IMG/VR virus record: IMGVR_UViG_3300037458_000922
Span: 1-62,732 of that record
Source of the DNA: a virus
Lineage: Duplodnaviria > Caudoviricetes
Length of the DNA: 62,732 bases
Reading direction: 5' to 3' (one strand)
Shown here: positions 50,219 through 58,802 of the stretch, piece after piece
Layout of the letters: each line of letters begins with the position of its first letter
Position numbering within the stretch: the first letter of the stretch is position 1
The notes under the pieces: model-generated
What the model was told of the DNA's origin: nothing
Seen by the model: only the letters and a program-made list of their open reading frames with translations
Database searches by the model: none
Position numbers and translations under genes: made by a program

Positions 50219-50563
50219 ATGAACACATCTAAATTACGTGAATACGTATACAAGAAGGCGCTGAAATCGTTTAGTACACCCTTGACCCAGGAGGACACCT
50301 CGGCCTTCCTGGACACCGTAATAGACGCTATTATGCAGGGACTAGTGGGAGAAGAGAGCGAGGATATCGAAGCCCCTGGGAAGGTAATGCTGCGGTCCTT
50401 CGGGACCTTCACGGTTATTACCCGTAAGGGCAGAACGTATAGTGTCCGGGGTAAGCAGGTGACTGTCCCAGACCGGAAGACCGTAGTCTTTAAACCGGGG
50501 ACTGATCTTGCCCGAGCCCTGGCTAAGTTAAACGGCCAAGAAAAAATTGACGATACCCCTTGA
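50219..50563 (+). CDS. HU/IHF-family DNA-binding protein
   Basis: V.LR.FGTF.V..RKGR......G..V.VP.RK.V.FKPG..L. Confidence 0.9.
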   Translation: MNTSKLREYVYKKALKSFSTPLTQEDTSAFLDTVIDAIMQGLVGEESEDIEAPGKVMLRSFGTFTVITRKGRTYSVRGKQVTVPDRKTVVFKPGTDLARALAKLNGQEKIDDTP

Positions 50564-50588
50564 CAAGTGCATTCGGAGGGTATATCTT
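50560..50588 (+). promoter_or_regulatory. sigma70-like promoter
   Basis: TTGACA-N17-TATCTT. Confidence 0.75.
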
Positions 50589-50594
50589 ACGGGG

Positions 50595-50699
50595 TAGTTA
50601 GGTAGAGGGTTCTCTTTGGTGGTACTCAGGGACTCTTTACCACTAATCTCCTCTCGAAGGGCCACGATCCCCCCCAATTGTCGTGGCCCTTCCTTTTTT
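50595..50699 (+). ncRNA. candidate ~105-nt small RNA
   Basis: Lies between a consensus promoter and a strong terminator, no ORF; 5' hairpin, CUCCUCUC linker, terminator hairpin with C7 loop. Confidence 0.55.
50656..50699 (+). terminator. intrinsic terminator
   Basis: GAAGGGCCACGA...TCGTGGCCCTTC stem followed by CTTTTTT. Confidence 0.85.
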
Positions 50700-50708
50700 G
50701 TCTACCCC

Positions 50709-50737
50709 TTGACAAATGAGCTAACCGGGATTATGCT
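50709..50737 (+). promoter_or_regulatory. sigma70-like promoter (near-leaderless mRNA)
   Basis: TTGACA-N17-TATGCT, with ATG 10 nt downstream. Confidence 0.75.
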
Positions 50738-50746
50738 GATAATATC

Positions 50747-51322
50747 ATGAAGTTCAAACGCTCTTCCGCTGGAACGATAGTGCGTACCGGGAGGGTTGAG
50801 CCCCCCAGGTACAGCGGTTATAAACCAGGCGACCCGGTCTCTATCGGAGTAGGGAAGGACAAGTGCCAGTTCCTTACCCCTTTCCCACAGGAGATAGAGC
50901 AAGCTCTCACAGTCCGGTATCCCGGGTATTTTTTCTCCCCACAGTATAAGTCTGGATCGTGGGACGGGAAGAAGCATTTCATAACCCGGAATGGAGTATT
51001 CCCTACGGGGCTACTACCTTTCGTCTACCACATCTTGACTACCGGGTTCATGCCTACACTAAACAGCACTAAAAAGCGGGAAAAGGTGTTAGGTACTTCA
51101 TCGAAAAACGTATCCCTAAAAGTGGATAAAGACTTCGAAAATGACTTCTATCCAGGGGTCTTAAATTCGATGGAAAATGTGGGTCTATTAGAAAGCTTAA
51201 ATACCGACACTGGAATTTTCGCATATCCAACTAAACAGCTTGTTTTGTGGAAGAAAATACAAGATAAAAATCCCCTTGCTAAATCTATTCTAAATCTATG
51301 TCGCTCACTCCTCTCTTCTTGA
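50747..51322 (+). CDS. stand-alone N-terminal domain of a UvsW-like SF2 helicase
   Basis: PGYFFSPQYKSGSWDGKKHF....FPTGLL matches the UvsW N-terminal signature. Confidence 0.75.
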   Translation: MKFKRSSAGTIVRTGRVEPPRYSGYKPGDPVSIGVGKDKCQFLTPFPQEIEQALTVRYPGYFFSPQYKSGSWDGKKHFITRNGVFPTGLLPFVYHILTTGFMPTLNSTKKREKVLGTSSKNVSLKVDKDFENDFYPGVLNSMENVGLLESLNTDTGIFAYPTKQLVLWKKIQDKNPLAKSILNLCRSLLSS

Positions 51323-51868
51323 TACTATTCCAGCTAGAATAATAGATCAATTTGAACCCCCGGGAGGGGGTTCAACCACAAAAGCCAAAGACCTACCCTC
51401 CCCGTCAGGGGAGGGTTCTTTGGCTTTGAGGAATCGCAGAAGACTAAGAGAGACGCCCTCCCCCGTAAGGGGGAGAAGGCTCTCGCATGTCTTCGAGAAA
51501 AGGTGTAGCTAGTCAAGCCAACCCTTCCAGAAAAATGCTTTTGGCTAGTCTCATTTAGGGGTATCTCAGTCTCAATTTCCGTGAAATTTGGCTTGGGGAA
51601 GGGGGGATACGAAAATTTTAATTTACGAACGAAGAGAGTAAATTATAAATTTTGGGGGTAGGGGTTATAGATAGGGGGGGTGTCTTATATATATAGTCTA
51701 GTATTGCGTGGGGGGGAAAGAGTTGAGACCAGGTCACCCCTATAAGGACATTGCCCATTTTTCGGTTCGGCAACTTCTTTGTTATCAGCTACTTAATTTT
51801 TTGGCCTCGGTCTCATTTTCTCACCCTCGTGTCTCAGGTAGCCGGGAAAAAAATTTTGGTTCGGGGGC
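51323..51868. other. structured non-coding region, candidate replication origin
   Basis: Three GNNA-loop hairpins, AT-rich palindrome, G-tracts, TA run, repeated GTCTCA; inside the replication module. Confidence 0.5.
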
Positions 51869-51897
51869 TTGACAAGAGACCAGCCCTCGCATATCTT
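51869..51897 (+). promoter_or_regulatory. sigma70-like promoter
   Basis: TTGACA-N17-TATCTT upstream of ATG 51946. Confidence 0.75.
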
Positions 51898-51945
51898 GGT
51901 TCTCCCCTGAGAGACCTCCGGGGGGAAAGGAACAGGAACTCGCCC

Positions 51946-53235
51946 ATGAGTACCACCCAACTCCAAATCACTTCCTGGCAGCAAGTAGCAGATCACTTCC
52001 CAGGACTTCAACATCTGGCTAATTTGGAGAAAACAGGGAAGTTAGAGTTTCGATCTTACCAAGCACTGGCAGTCATGTCGGTGCTTTTTTCAGGTTTTGG
52101 GGGGGTTATTCGTTCTGCCACGGGAAGTGGTAAAACCCTGATAGCAGCCGCTATTTGTGGGGCCTTCCTCCCTAAGACTTCAGTGGTCCTGACCTCGGGA
52201 CGTGCTCTCGTGGAGCAAACGTATAATGAGTTCGTAACTCTTCTAGGTAAAGATGTTGTGGGTTACATTACGACCGAAGGTTTTTGCCCGAAGGAGGTAA
52301 CCGTTGCGTCCATCGACACCCTCTCTTTCTACACCGGGACCGTGCCAAAGCGGCGGGGAGTCCCGGTCATGGACCCAAAAAAGTTCAACGAAAAAAAGAA
52401 AATCTTCCTCGATTACCTAGCTAACAACGTACAAATGCTAGTATTTGACGAGTGTCACCATTCTTCCGCAGATAGTTACCAGGACATTGGAAAGTACTCG
52501 AAAGCACCGCATCGTGTTGGTTTAAGTGGAACTCCTCTCAAGCAAGACGAATTAAGTGACATGCTTCTTCTCAGTCTCGTGGGGCCGATCACGTTCGACC
52601 TGAACGCTCGGTGGCTGCAGGACAAAAAGTATCTCGCAAAAGCAAGACTCGAAATTCGCGAACTAGATTACACGTCAAACGTAACAAGAAAGTATTCGTA
52701 CAACGACGCAAGAACAAATCTTTTAATCAAAAATCAAGATAGAACTGTACACATTGCAAGTGACATTGCAAAAGCCTTAGAAGAACCGGAAACACGTTTA
52801 TTAGTTTTAACTGGAAATTCCGTAGAACTCGCAGAGTCTCTCGCAGAAGAACTAGATGCATTAACTAAGCCCCTTCAGAAGCGTTTAGGCTTCCGGCCTT
52901 TCGCTCTTGCAACGGGGAAGATGAATTCCAAACAAGTAACACGAGCGTTCAACCAACTTCGGCGAGGAGATCTTCAGTGTGTCATCACCACGAAGATCGC
53001 TGATGAGGGGATTGATGTTCCGGACGTTAATACCCTCTTCCTCGTCGGGGGCGGGAAGGCGTATGTGGCTGCCGTGCAACGAATCGGACGTGGTCTCCGA
53101 AAGAAGAAGGGCAACCAGGAGCTGTGGGTTGTTGATTACTTCACGCTCGGAAACAAGTATGTCGAAAAGCATGACAGGCAGCGCCTAAAGACTTACGAGG
53201 AGGAAGATTTCTTTTATGAAATCACTCGGGTATAA
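51946..53235 (+). CDS. uvsW: UvsW-like superfamily 2 helicase core
   Basis: RSYQ, ATGSGKT, DECHH, GLSGTP, EGIDVP, QRIGRGLR. Confidence 0.9.
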   Translation: MSTTQLQITSWQQVADHFPGLQHLANLEKTGKLEFRSYQALAVMSVLFSGFGGVIRSATGSGKTLIAAAICGAFLPKTSVVLTSGRALVEQTYNEFVTLLGKDVVGYITTEGFCPKEVTVASIDTLSFYTGTVPKRRGVPVMDPKKFNEKKKIFLDYLANNVQMLVFDECHHSSADSYQDIGKYSKAPHRVGLSGTPLKQDELSDMLLLSLVGPITFDLNARWLQDKKYLAKARLEIRELDYTSNVTRKYSYNDARTNLLIKNQDRTVHIASDIAKALEEPETRLLVLTGNSVELAESLAEELDALTKPLQKRLGFRPFALATGKMNSKQVTRAFNQLRRGDLQCVITTKIADEGIDVPDVNTLFLVGGGKAYVAAVQRIGRGLRKKKGNQELWVVDYFTLGNKYVEKHDRQRLKTYEEEDFFYEITRV

Positions 53236-53238
53236 GTC

Positions 53239-54324
53239 ATGTACGGGGGTTATGATTTCCCGCCGTGGGCATACGGGGAAGACGCCGAAGACTACACCTT
53301 TTGTGAGAGCAGCCTAGAGTGTTTCGTGCTGCGGATGCTGAAAACCTACTGTTCTCTCGTCCGCCAGCGTTACTCGGCTTCCCTCCCTTCAAAACGAACT
53401 ACTCTGGTCCCGGGAGCCACGGACTTTCGGAAGACTCCTTACTACGAGGCTTTCTGCGAGATCGCAGGAAAACTCCAGGAGGCGGGAGTAGAGGACCCCG
53501 AGGATTTCATCGTTTACCTCTTCGAGCGTTGGTTGGTCGAGGGGAAACACGACAAGTACCTTGGGGTGTCTTTCTCCCGTCGTGGGGAGAAGGTAGAGGC
53601 GTCTTCTTCCTCGGGGTATGGCTACCCGAGTCTCCGCTTCATCCAGGAAGAGGGCGAAGAGTTTCTGGCTGACTTCCTATCGGTGTTGTCCCGAGGGTAC
53701 CGCCCCAAGTATTTTATTACTCAGGGTAACCTAGAAGAGCTTTCCTCCGGGAAGATTCTCGACGAGAAGGTAGCCCAATGGGCCGCTTTGATGGAATCCA
53801 CCGAAGAGGAATACTGGCGTAGAGGGATGCACTGGCACTATCCGTATCTCACCTATAACGCGGCTAAAGGCTCCAAGTCTCTCCAGAGGTGCATTCATGT
53901 GATCCGGGATGTCCTAGTGGAGCAGGGGTGCTCGGCGTTGCAGGACGTATCCTTAGAGGAGGTTTATGAGGGATTTTTGACCACTATCAGCTTGGCTGAG
54001 AAGGCATCTGCAGAGGAGACGCGAAAGAGTGTAGCCCGCTATGAGGCTGCCCGTAGAGCCGGGCAGCCCCCGGAATATCAAAATCTTCGTGTCCTCGATC
54101 CCGACTATGAGTTACTATCAGAGGTGGATCGAGAACGAGTACTGGCATACCGAGATGCCGTCCTCCGTGGTGTGGACGTTACCGCGCCCAGGGTACAGCG
54201 GGAAATTGAGGATCGGGTGAACCCTGTTGACACAGAGCACCCTGATACAATTCTCCACGCCTTGTACGGGGTTGGTTGTCCGAGGAGAGTGGACGGGTCT
54301 CGTGTTGATGTAATTGAATCCTAG
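53239..54324 (+). CDS. hypothetical protein in the replication operon
   Basis: 361-aa ORF between the SF2 helicase and DnaB. Confidence 0.65.
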   Translation: MYGGYDFPPWAYGEDAEDYTFCESSLECFVLRMLKTYCSLVRQRYSASLPSKRTTLVPGATDFRKTPYYEAFCEIAGKLQEAGVEDPEDFIVYLFERWLVEGKHDKYLGVSFSRRGEKVEASSSSGYGYPSLRFIQEEGEEFLADFLSVLSRGYRPKYFITQGNLEELSSGKILDEKVAQWAALMESTEEEYWRRGMHWHYPYLTYNAAKGSKSLQRCIHVIRDVLVEQGCSALQDVSLEEVYEGFLTTISLAEKASAEETRKSVARYEAARRAGQPPEYQNLRVLDPDYELLSEVDRERVLAYRDAVLRGVDVTAPRVQREIEDRVNPVDTEHPDTILHALYGVGCPRRVDGSRVDVIES

Positions 54325-54333
54325 GGGGGATAA

Positions 54334-55746
54334 ATGGTGCTTCAGGTCGCTCGTAAAAATCTCAAGCTTCTAGAACCCGCTTTCAAGAAGGATGCCCTGG
54401 CCTACCTTTTTCAGGACAAGTTGGCTGCCCGCTCTGTGGTGGAGAACATCCCAGACGACTTCTACGAGGAAGACCCTGATTTGGGTATCGTCTTCCAGAT
54501 CTTCAAGCATTTTGTCGTGACCTACGGGGATCGCCCTCGGCGGCATGAGATGGAAGACGAGATCCTTTCGTGGTGTAAGAAGTTCAAGTACGACGATACT
54601 CGCACTAAGGCCGTTCTGTTGTCGTTCAAGGAGATTTGGAACCGGAAGAACTACACCGCCTCGCGGGTAAAGGACAAGCTGTTCGACGCCATTACCGCTC
54701 ACCATATGTACGTGGTAGCGACACAAATCGACGAATACGTTGATGAAGGCAAGTATGACGAGCTTATCCAGGCCTTCTCCAGGGCGCGAAATACTGGTTC
54801 CGAGGAGCCGGAGATCATAGAGTATTGGGGAGATGCGACTGAGCGGGCATTGCGGAGGAAGCTCGGGATAGGGCGGGTCATCCCTACGGGCATGGCGGCG
54901 CTGGATAAGCTTATTTCGGGTGGTGTTCCTCCTGGGGCGTTGGCGATGCTCATGGGGGCGTCGGGACACGGGAAGAGTGCGCTCCTCGGGCAGTTCGCTT
55001 TGGCTTCGTCGCTCGCGGGGTATAAGACCGCATATATCACGCTGGAGCTGAGCCAAGACCAGATCATGGGGCGGATGGACGCTCATAACTCGGGTATTCC
55101 GCTGGATGCCATCCCGGTCAAGGGGGCGAAAGTGGTGTCCGAGATCGCGGGGGTGTTCGCCACCAATAGCGTCCCTCCGGGGGAGCTTTACGTACAGTAC
55201 TTCCCCACGAAGAGTATCTCCATCACGCAGGTAGAAGAGTATCTCGACCGGTTACGGCGGGAGCGGGGAGTCACTCTGGATGCGTTGTTCGTAGACTATC
55301 TGGGGCTGATGCGGATGGTGGGTTCCTATCAGAGCCAGTGGGAGGCCCTCCAGGAGAACTGCTCTCTCTTGCGAGGGGTGGCTGGGAAGTATCAGATGGT
55401 TATCTGGACCGCGGATCAGACCAATCGTGGGGGCATGGGGAAGGAGATTGTCGATATGGATGACATCTCCGGGTCCTTCGGGAAGGTGTTCCCCTTGGAT
55501 TTGATGATCAACATCTCACAGACCAAGGCCGAGAAGTTGAATGAGGTGTTCCGCCTTAACATCGCTAAGTCCCGGCTTGGCCCGGCCAACAAGCAGGTCT
55601 GGGTGGAGCCTAACTTCGCGCTGATGCGCTTTGAGGGCGTAGACGAAGATGAGGCCAAGCGGCGTGGGCTGGTGGTTCGTGCTGTCGGGAGTAAGAAGAA
55701 GGCTGGTGGCGGTCTCCATCAAATGATGGGGACACAGGGGCCGTAG
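54334..55746 (+). CDS. dnaB: replicative DnaB-like helicase (T4 gp41-like)
   Basis: IPTG..ALD, GASGHGKS, YITLE, FVDYLGLM, WTA.Q.NR.G, IAKSR.G. Confidence 0.93.
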   Translation: MVLQVARKNLKLLEPAFKKDALAYLFQDKLAARSVVENIPDDFYEEDPDLGIVFQIFKHFVVTYGDRPRRHEMEDEILSWCKKFKYDDTRTKAVLLSFKEIWNRKNYTASRVKDKLFDAITAHHMYVVATQIDEYVDEGKYDELIQAFSRARNTGSEEPEIIEYWGDATERALRRKLGIGRVIPTGMAALDKLISGGVPPGALAMLMGASGHGKSALLGQFALASSLAGYKTAYITLELSQDQIMGRMDAHNSGIPLDAIPVKGAKVVSEIAGVFATNSVPPGELYVQYFPTKSISITQVEEYLDRLRRERGVTLDALFVDYLGLMRMVGSYQSQWEALQENCSLLRGVAGKYQMVIWTADQTNRGGMGKEIVDMDDISGSFGKVFPLDLMINISQTKAEKLNEVFRLNIAKSRLGPANKQVWVEPNFALMRFEGVDEDEAKRRGLVVRAVGSKKKAGGGLHQMMGTQGP

Positions 55747-55747
55747 T

Positions 55748-56791
55748 ATGGCTAGAGCAACTCGTCCTGCGATCTTTGTACGCTTGATCCACCGGCTGTG
55801 GCCCGGGTATAAGCTGGAGAAACAGGGGCAGGAGTACATGGTCCCGTGCCCCTTTTGTGCTTCGGAGAAGCTGAAGTGTGCCATTAACCCGGGCAAGGGC
55901 GTGTTCCAGTGCTGGGTGTGTGGAGAGCGGGGGCCTACCTCTAAGTTTCTTTACCACCTCAAGGATCTTCAGGTTATCCGGCAGAGGGACATCGACGCGA
56001 TCATTTTAGGCTCTAAAACGCCCTCTAAGCTCTCGGACCTCGCCCCCATGGAGATGCCTGCCCCTCCCCCGCAGGAGATACTGTGGACGCCACAGCGCCC
56101 CTGCGTGTTCCCTCCTGGTGTTTTTCCTCTCTATGTCGATGAAGAGCGGGATAAACTTCAGAACCAGATCTACGCGAAGTCTCTGGAGTATCTGGCTCGA
56201 CGAGGGGTGGGCCGGGGGGACGTTAGGAAGTATAGGTTGCATACCTGTTCAAACTTCGGGTCCCCTTACCACGGGCATATTTTCATCCCGTGCTTGGGGC
56301 AGTTTGGGCGGCAGGTGACCTTCTGGACGACGAGATCGATCCTCCCCAACCCCCAGCCCAAGAGTTATCACGCCAGTTCCAAGTACTCTCGGTTCTCTGC
56401 GAAGAGCATCATCATGAACGAGCATCTTGTTACAGGGGACACGGTGGCGTTGTGCGAGGGGCCGTTCGATGCTTTTTCGATCATGAAGAATGTTGGAATC
56501 CCGGCCATACCGCTTTTGGGTAAGACGTTTCATGCCTTGCATAAAACCTTCTTGGAAGAGAGAGGGGTTAAAACCGTTTATGTCTGCCTCGACCCGGATG
56601 CCGTAGCCAGCGTGAATGGTATCGTGACCAAGATCAGCGTAACCCCCAAGATCGTGTATCTCCAGGACGGAGACCCGAATGATGTCTCGGCAGAAACATT
56701 AAGGGCCGCATTCGAAAATGCGACCCTGTCTCCTAGGAGCAAATTTAGTCAGTTAGCGGCTACCTTCCTGCCAGAGATGCCCCAATCTTAG
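55748..56791 (+). CDS. dnaG: DNA primase (zinc-binding domain plus TOPRIM)
   Basis: CPFC...CWVC zinc finger; CEGPFDA and CLDPDA TOPRIM motifs. Confidence 0.9.
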   Translation: MARATRPAIFVRLIHRLWPGYKLEKQGQEYMVPCPFCASEKLKCAINPGKGVFQCWVCGERGPTSKFLYHLKDLQVIRQRDIDAIILGSKTPSKLSDLAPMEMPAPPPQEILWTPQRPCVFPPGVFPLYVDEERDKLQNQIYAKSLEYLARRGVGRGDVRKYRLHTCSNFGSPYHGHIFIPCLGQFGRQVTFWTTRSILPNPQPKSYHASSKYSRFSAKSIIMNEHLVTGDTVALCEGPFDAFSIMKNVGIPAIPLLGKTFHALHKTFLEERGVKTVYVCLDPDAVASVNGIVTKISVTPKIVYLQDGDPNDVSAETLRAAFENATLSPRSKFSQLAATFLPEMPQS

Positions 56792-57797
56792 ACGGGCTCA
56801 GTTTCCCCTGAGCGGCTTTCGTGGTGGACTTAGCGGCGCTAATAAGCGCTCTATGTGGGGCAAATCCGATCTTGGACCCCGCGTGGATGGTCATCGCTGT
56901 CCCAAGACCTTCGGCTATTCTTGTGGCGTACTCACGCATATCCTCGGATACCCGAGTGTTGGTCTTGGTCGGGGATTTAAGGCTACCGAGCTTCTGAGAC
57001 TTCTTAATGTCAAAGGGTTTTGACCCAAACCTCATGTTGGCAACATGAGCGTTGGCGAGGGCGCTTTTTTTGTAGGCTGCCCGGGCGGCTCCCATATCTT
57101 TCGGGGAGAAGGTGTTATTGCTTTCTCGGATGTCTTCTTGGGCATAGGTTTGATACGGATAGCGGGCTTGTTGCGTCATCTGCCGTTGCTTTTCCCAACG
57201 CTGTTCCTGCTTCTGTTGGATTTTATGGTTAATGGTGTTACCCACAGCGCCAACAACAGCTCCTCCGGCGATGGTTGCGGCAGCGCCCTTAGCGAACCCG
57301 AGGGTTGCTGCCTGGAAGGGCTTATTACGCTGAAGTGCTCCCATTTTGATGCGGCTCAGGCGGAAACGAGCATTTGCGGCCTTGAGTGCCTGAGACCCCG
57401 CAGCTTTTAGCCCCCCGGTCTTGAAAGCGCCACCGACTTTCCCGGCTTGCCGAGCAATAGTGGCTCCCTGGCTCTTAAGAACAGTCCCGGCCATTTTTGC
57501 ACCACCTACTGCTATTTTGGCAGCGGTTGCCCAGATCTCGGTCAGGTCTGTGGGGTCGTAATAGTCTTCCTGGGTTTCTGGGGAGGTATTCTTTCGGTTG
57601 ATCATTTTGTTGGATAACCTGTCCGCTATACGATTAGTAGCGTGGTTAACTAGAAGATTTCCCCCTAGAGCGAGGGAGGAACCGCCAAGATACTTGGCTT
57701 GTTTGAGCTTTCTGGGCCAAGAGTTGGGCTCAGCTTGGTATGCAGCACGGCTTTTTCCGAGCATGTTGGCGATGTGTACGCTGTTTGGTAAGGCCAT
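56760..57797 (-). CDS. basic K/A/G-rich hypothetical protein (possible internal head protein)
   Basis: GGAG SD before ATG 57797; the only convincing minus-strand gene; converges on primase. Confidence 0.7.
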   Translation of the reverse strand: MALPNSVHIANMLGKSRAAYQAEPNSWPRKLKQAKYLGGSSLALGGNLLVNHATNRIADRLSNKMINRKNTSPETQEDYYDPTDLTEIWATAAKIAVGGAKMAGTVLKSQGATIARQAGKVGGAFKTGGLKAAGSQALKAANARFRLSRIKMGALQRNKPFQAATLGFAKGAAATIAGGAVVGAVGNTINHKIQQKQEQRWEKQRQMTQQARYPYQTYAQEDIRESNNTFSPKDMGAARAAYKKSALANAHVANMRFGSKPFDIKKSQKLGSLKSPTKTNTRVSEDMREYATRIAEGLGTAMTIHAGSKIGFAPHRALISAAKSTTKAAQGKLSPSKIGASLAGR

Positions 57798-58295
57798 ATC
57801 AGATTCTCCAATAAGTATCCCGGAAAATAAAGCGTTTTTCCCAGAAACGTTTGTGGGATAGGTAATTTGCACCGCCCCAGAAAACTTTCTGGGCGTCCCA
57901 GAAGTGCTCGTGGGACGGTTTTTGGGGTGTAAATACCCTGTTTCTGGGATTTTACGATCAATTGCGTTACACATGCAATAATAGGGGGTACCCCCGTAGG
58001 GATATTCGGGCGGATAGTCTCTCCGGGGCGAGATCCTGAGACTACCTGAGACAATCAATCGGGGTAGGCATGTTGACGGGAGCGTTAGGGTTTACGCGAG
58101 CCACGAGGTGTGCGCGTGGGCGCACGCGCCTGGTAGATACCCCGTGTCTCTCTATGTCTTACCGGTAAGATACTTTTTTCCTGCGGTGATTTCACCGTTT
58201 CTATCAACCGATGTCGTTTGCCCCTACTGCGTGCGGATTATTCACTCCTGCGCTGGTAGCGGCGGCGGCGAAACCGCTCTCGAAAGGAGCCTCCA

Positions 58296-58703
58296 ATGGC
58301 ACGTAAGTCCCAGAAGCAGTCCGCGACCGTTTCCATCTACCTGACCCTCGAAGTTTTCGTGGCTCGGGGCGTCAAGCACCTCCAGAACATCTTCCTCGAC
58401 CCCGGGATGCCTCTCCTGACCAAGGCCGCCGAGACCGCCCGCGCCGAGGGCGTCCGGGACTGGGTCGGTTTCTCGGACGAGAAGGTGACCGAGCTGGTCA
58501 ACCACCTCCTGGAGGAGGCGAAGGCCGAGAAGGACATCTACCGCCGCCGGGGCATGTACGGCGTCGCCCGGCAGATCAAGGGCCTCCAGGCGTACAAGGC
58601 CAAGGCCGGGAACAAGGCCCAGTACCGGCTCACGGCGGTGCTGCAGGGTCACTCGCGCCGTAACCAGAAGCCCGTGGCCGAGGCGGAGTCCGTGGCCTGC
58701 TGA
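58296..58703 (+). CDS. hypothetical early protein
   Basis: AAAGGAG SD; strong GC3 codon bias. Confidence 0.75.
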   Translation: MARKSQKQSATVSIYLTLEVFVARGVKHLQNIFLDPGMPLLTKAAETARAEGVRDWVGFSDEKVTELVNHLLEEAKAEKDIYRRRGMYGVARQIKGLQAYKAKAGNKAQYRLTAVLQGHSRRNQKPVAEAESVAC

Positions 58704-58707
58704 AGCC

Positions 58708-58755
58708 TAGTGCTACCTTTAAGCCCTCCTGCGGGAGGGCTTGCTAGGTGTCACT
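58708..58755 (+). repeat. 48-bp stem-loop direct repeat, copy 1
   Basis: TAGTGCTACCTTTAAGCCCTCCTGCGGGAGGGCTTGCTAGGTGTCACT. Confidence 0.9.
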
Positions 58756-58802
58756 TCGCTCCAATTACCAACAGTCGTAACCGCTCTCGAAAGGAGCCTA
58801 CC

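Noticed and set aside
51323-51945. Group I/II intron or ribosomal bypass in the helicase
   Set aside because: I could not identify intron core elements or group II boundaries; the first half has its own tail and stop, and the second its own promoter and start. Not fully excluded without an Infernal search
54334-56791. Inteins in DnaB or primase
   Set aside because: Normal lengths, contiguous motifs, no splice-junction signatures
57798-58295. tRNA genes in the intergenic regions
   Set aside because: No cloverleaf with a TTCGA T-loop and acceptor stem found by eye here or in other gaps
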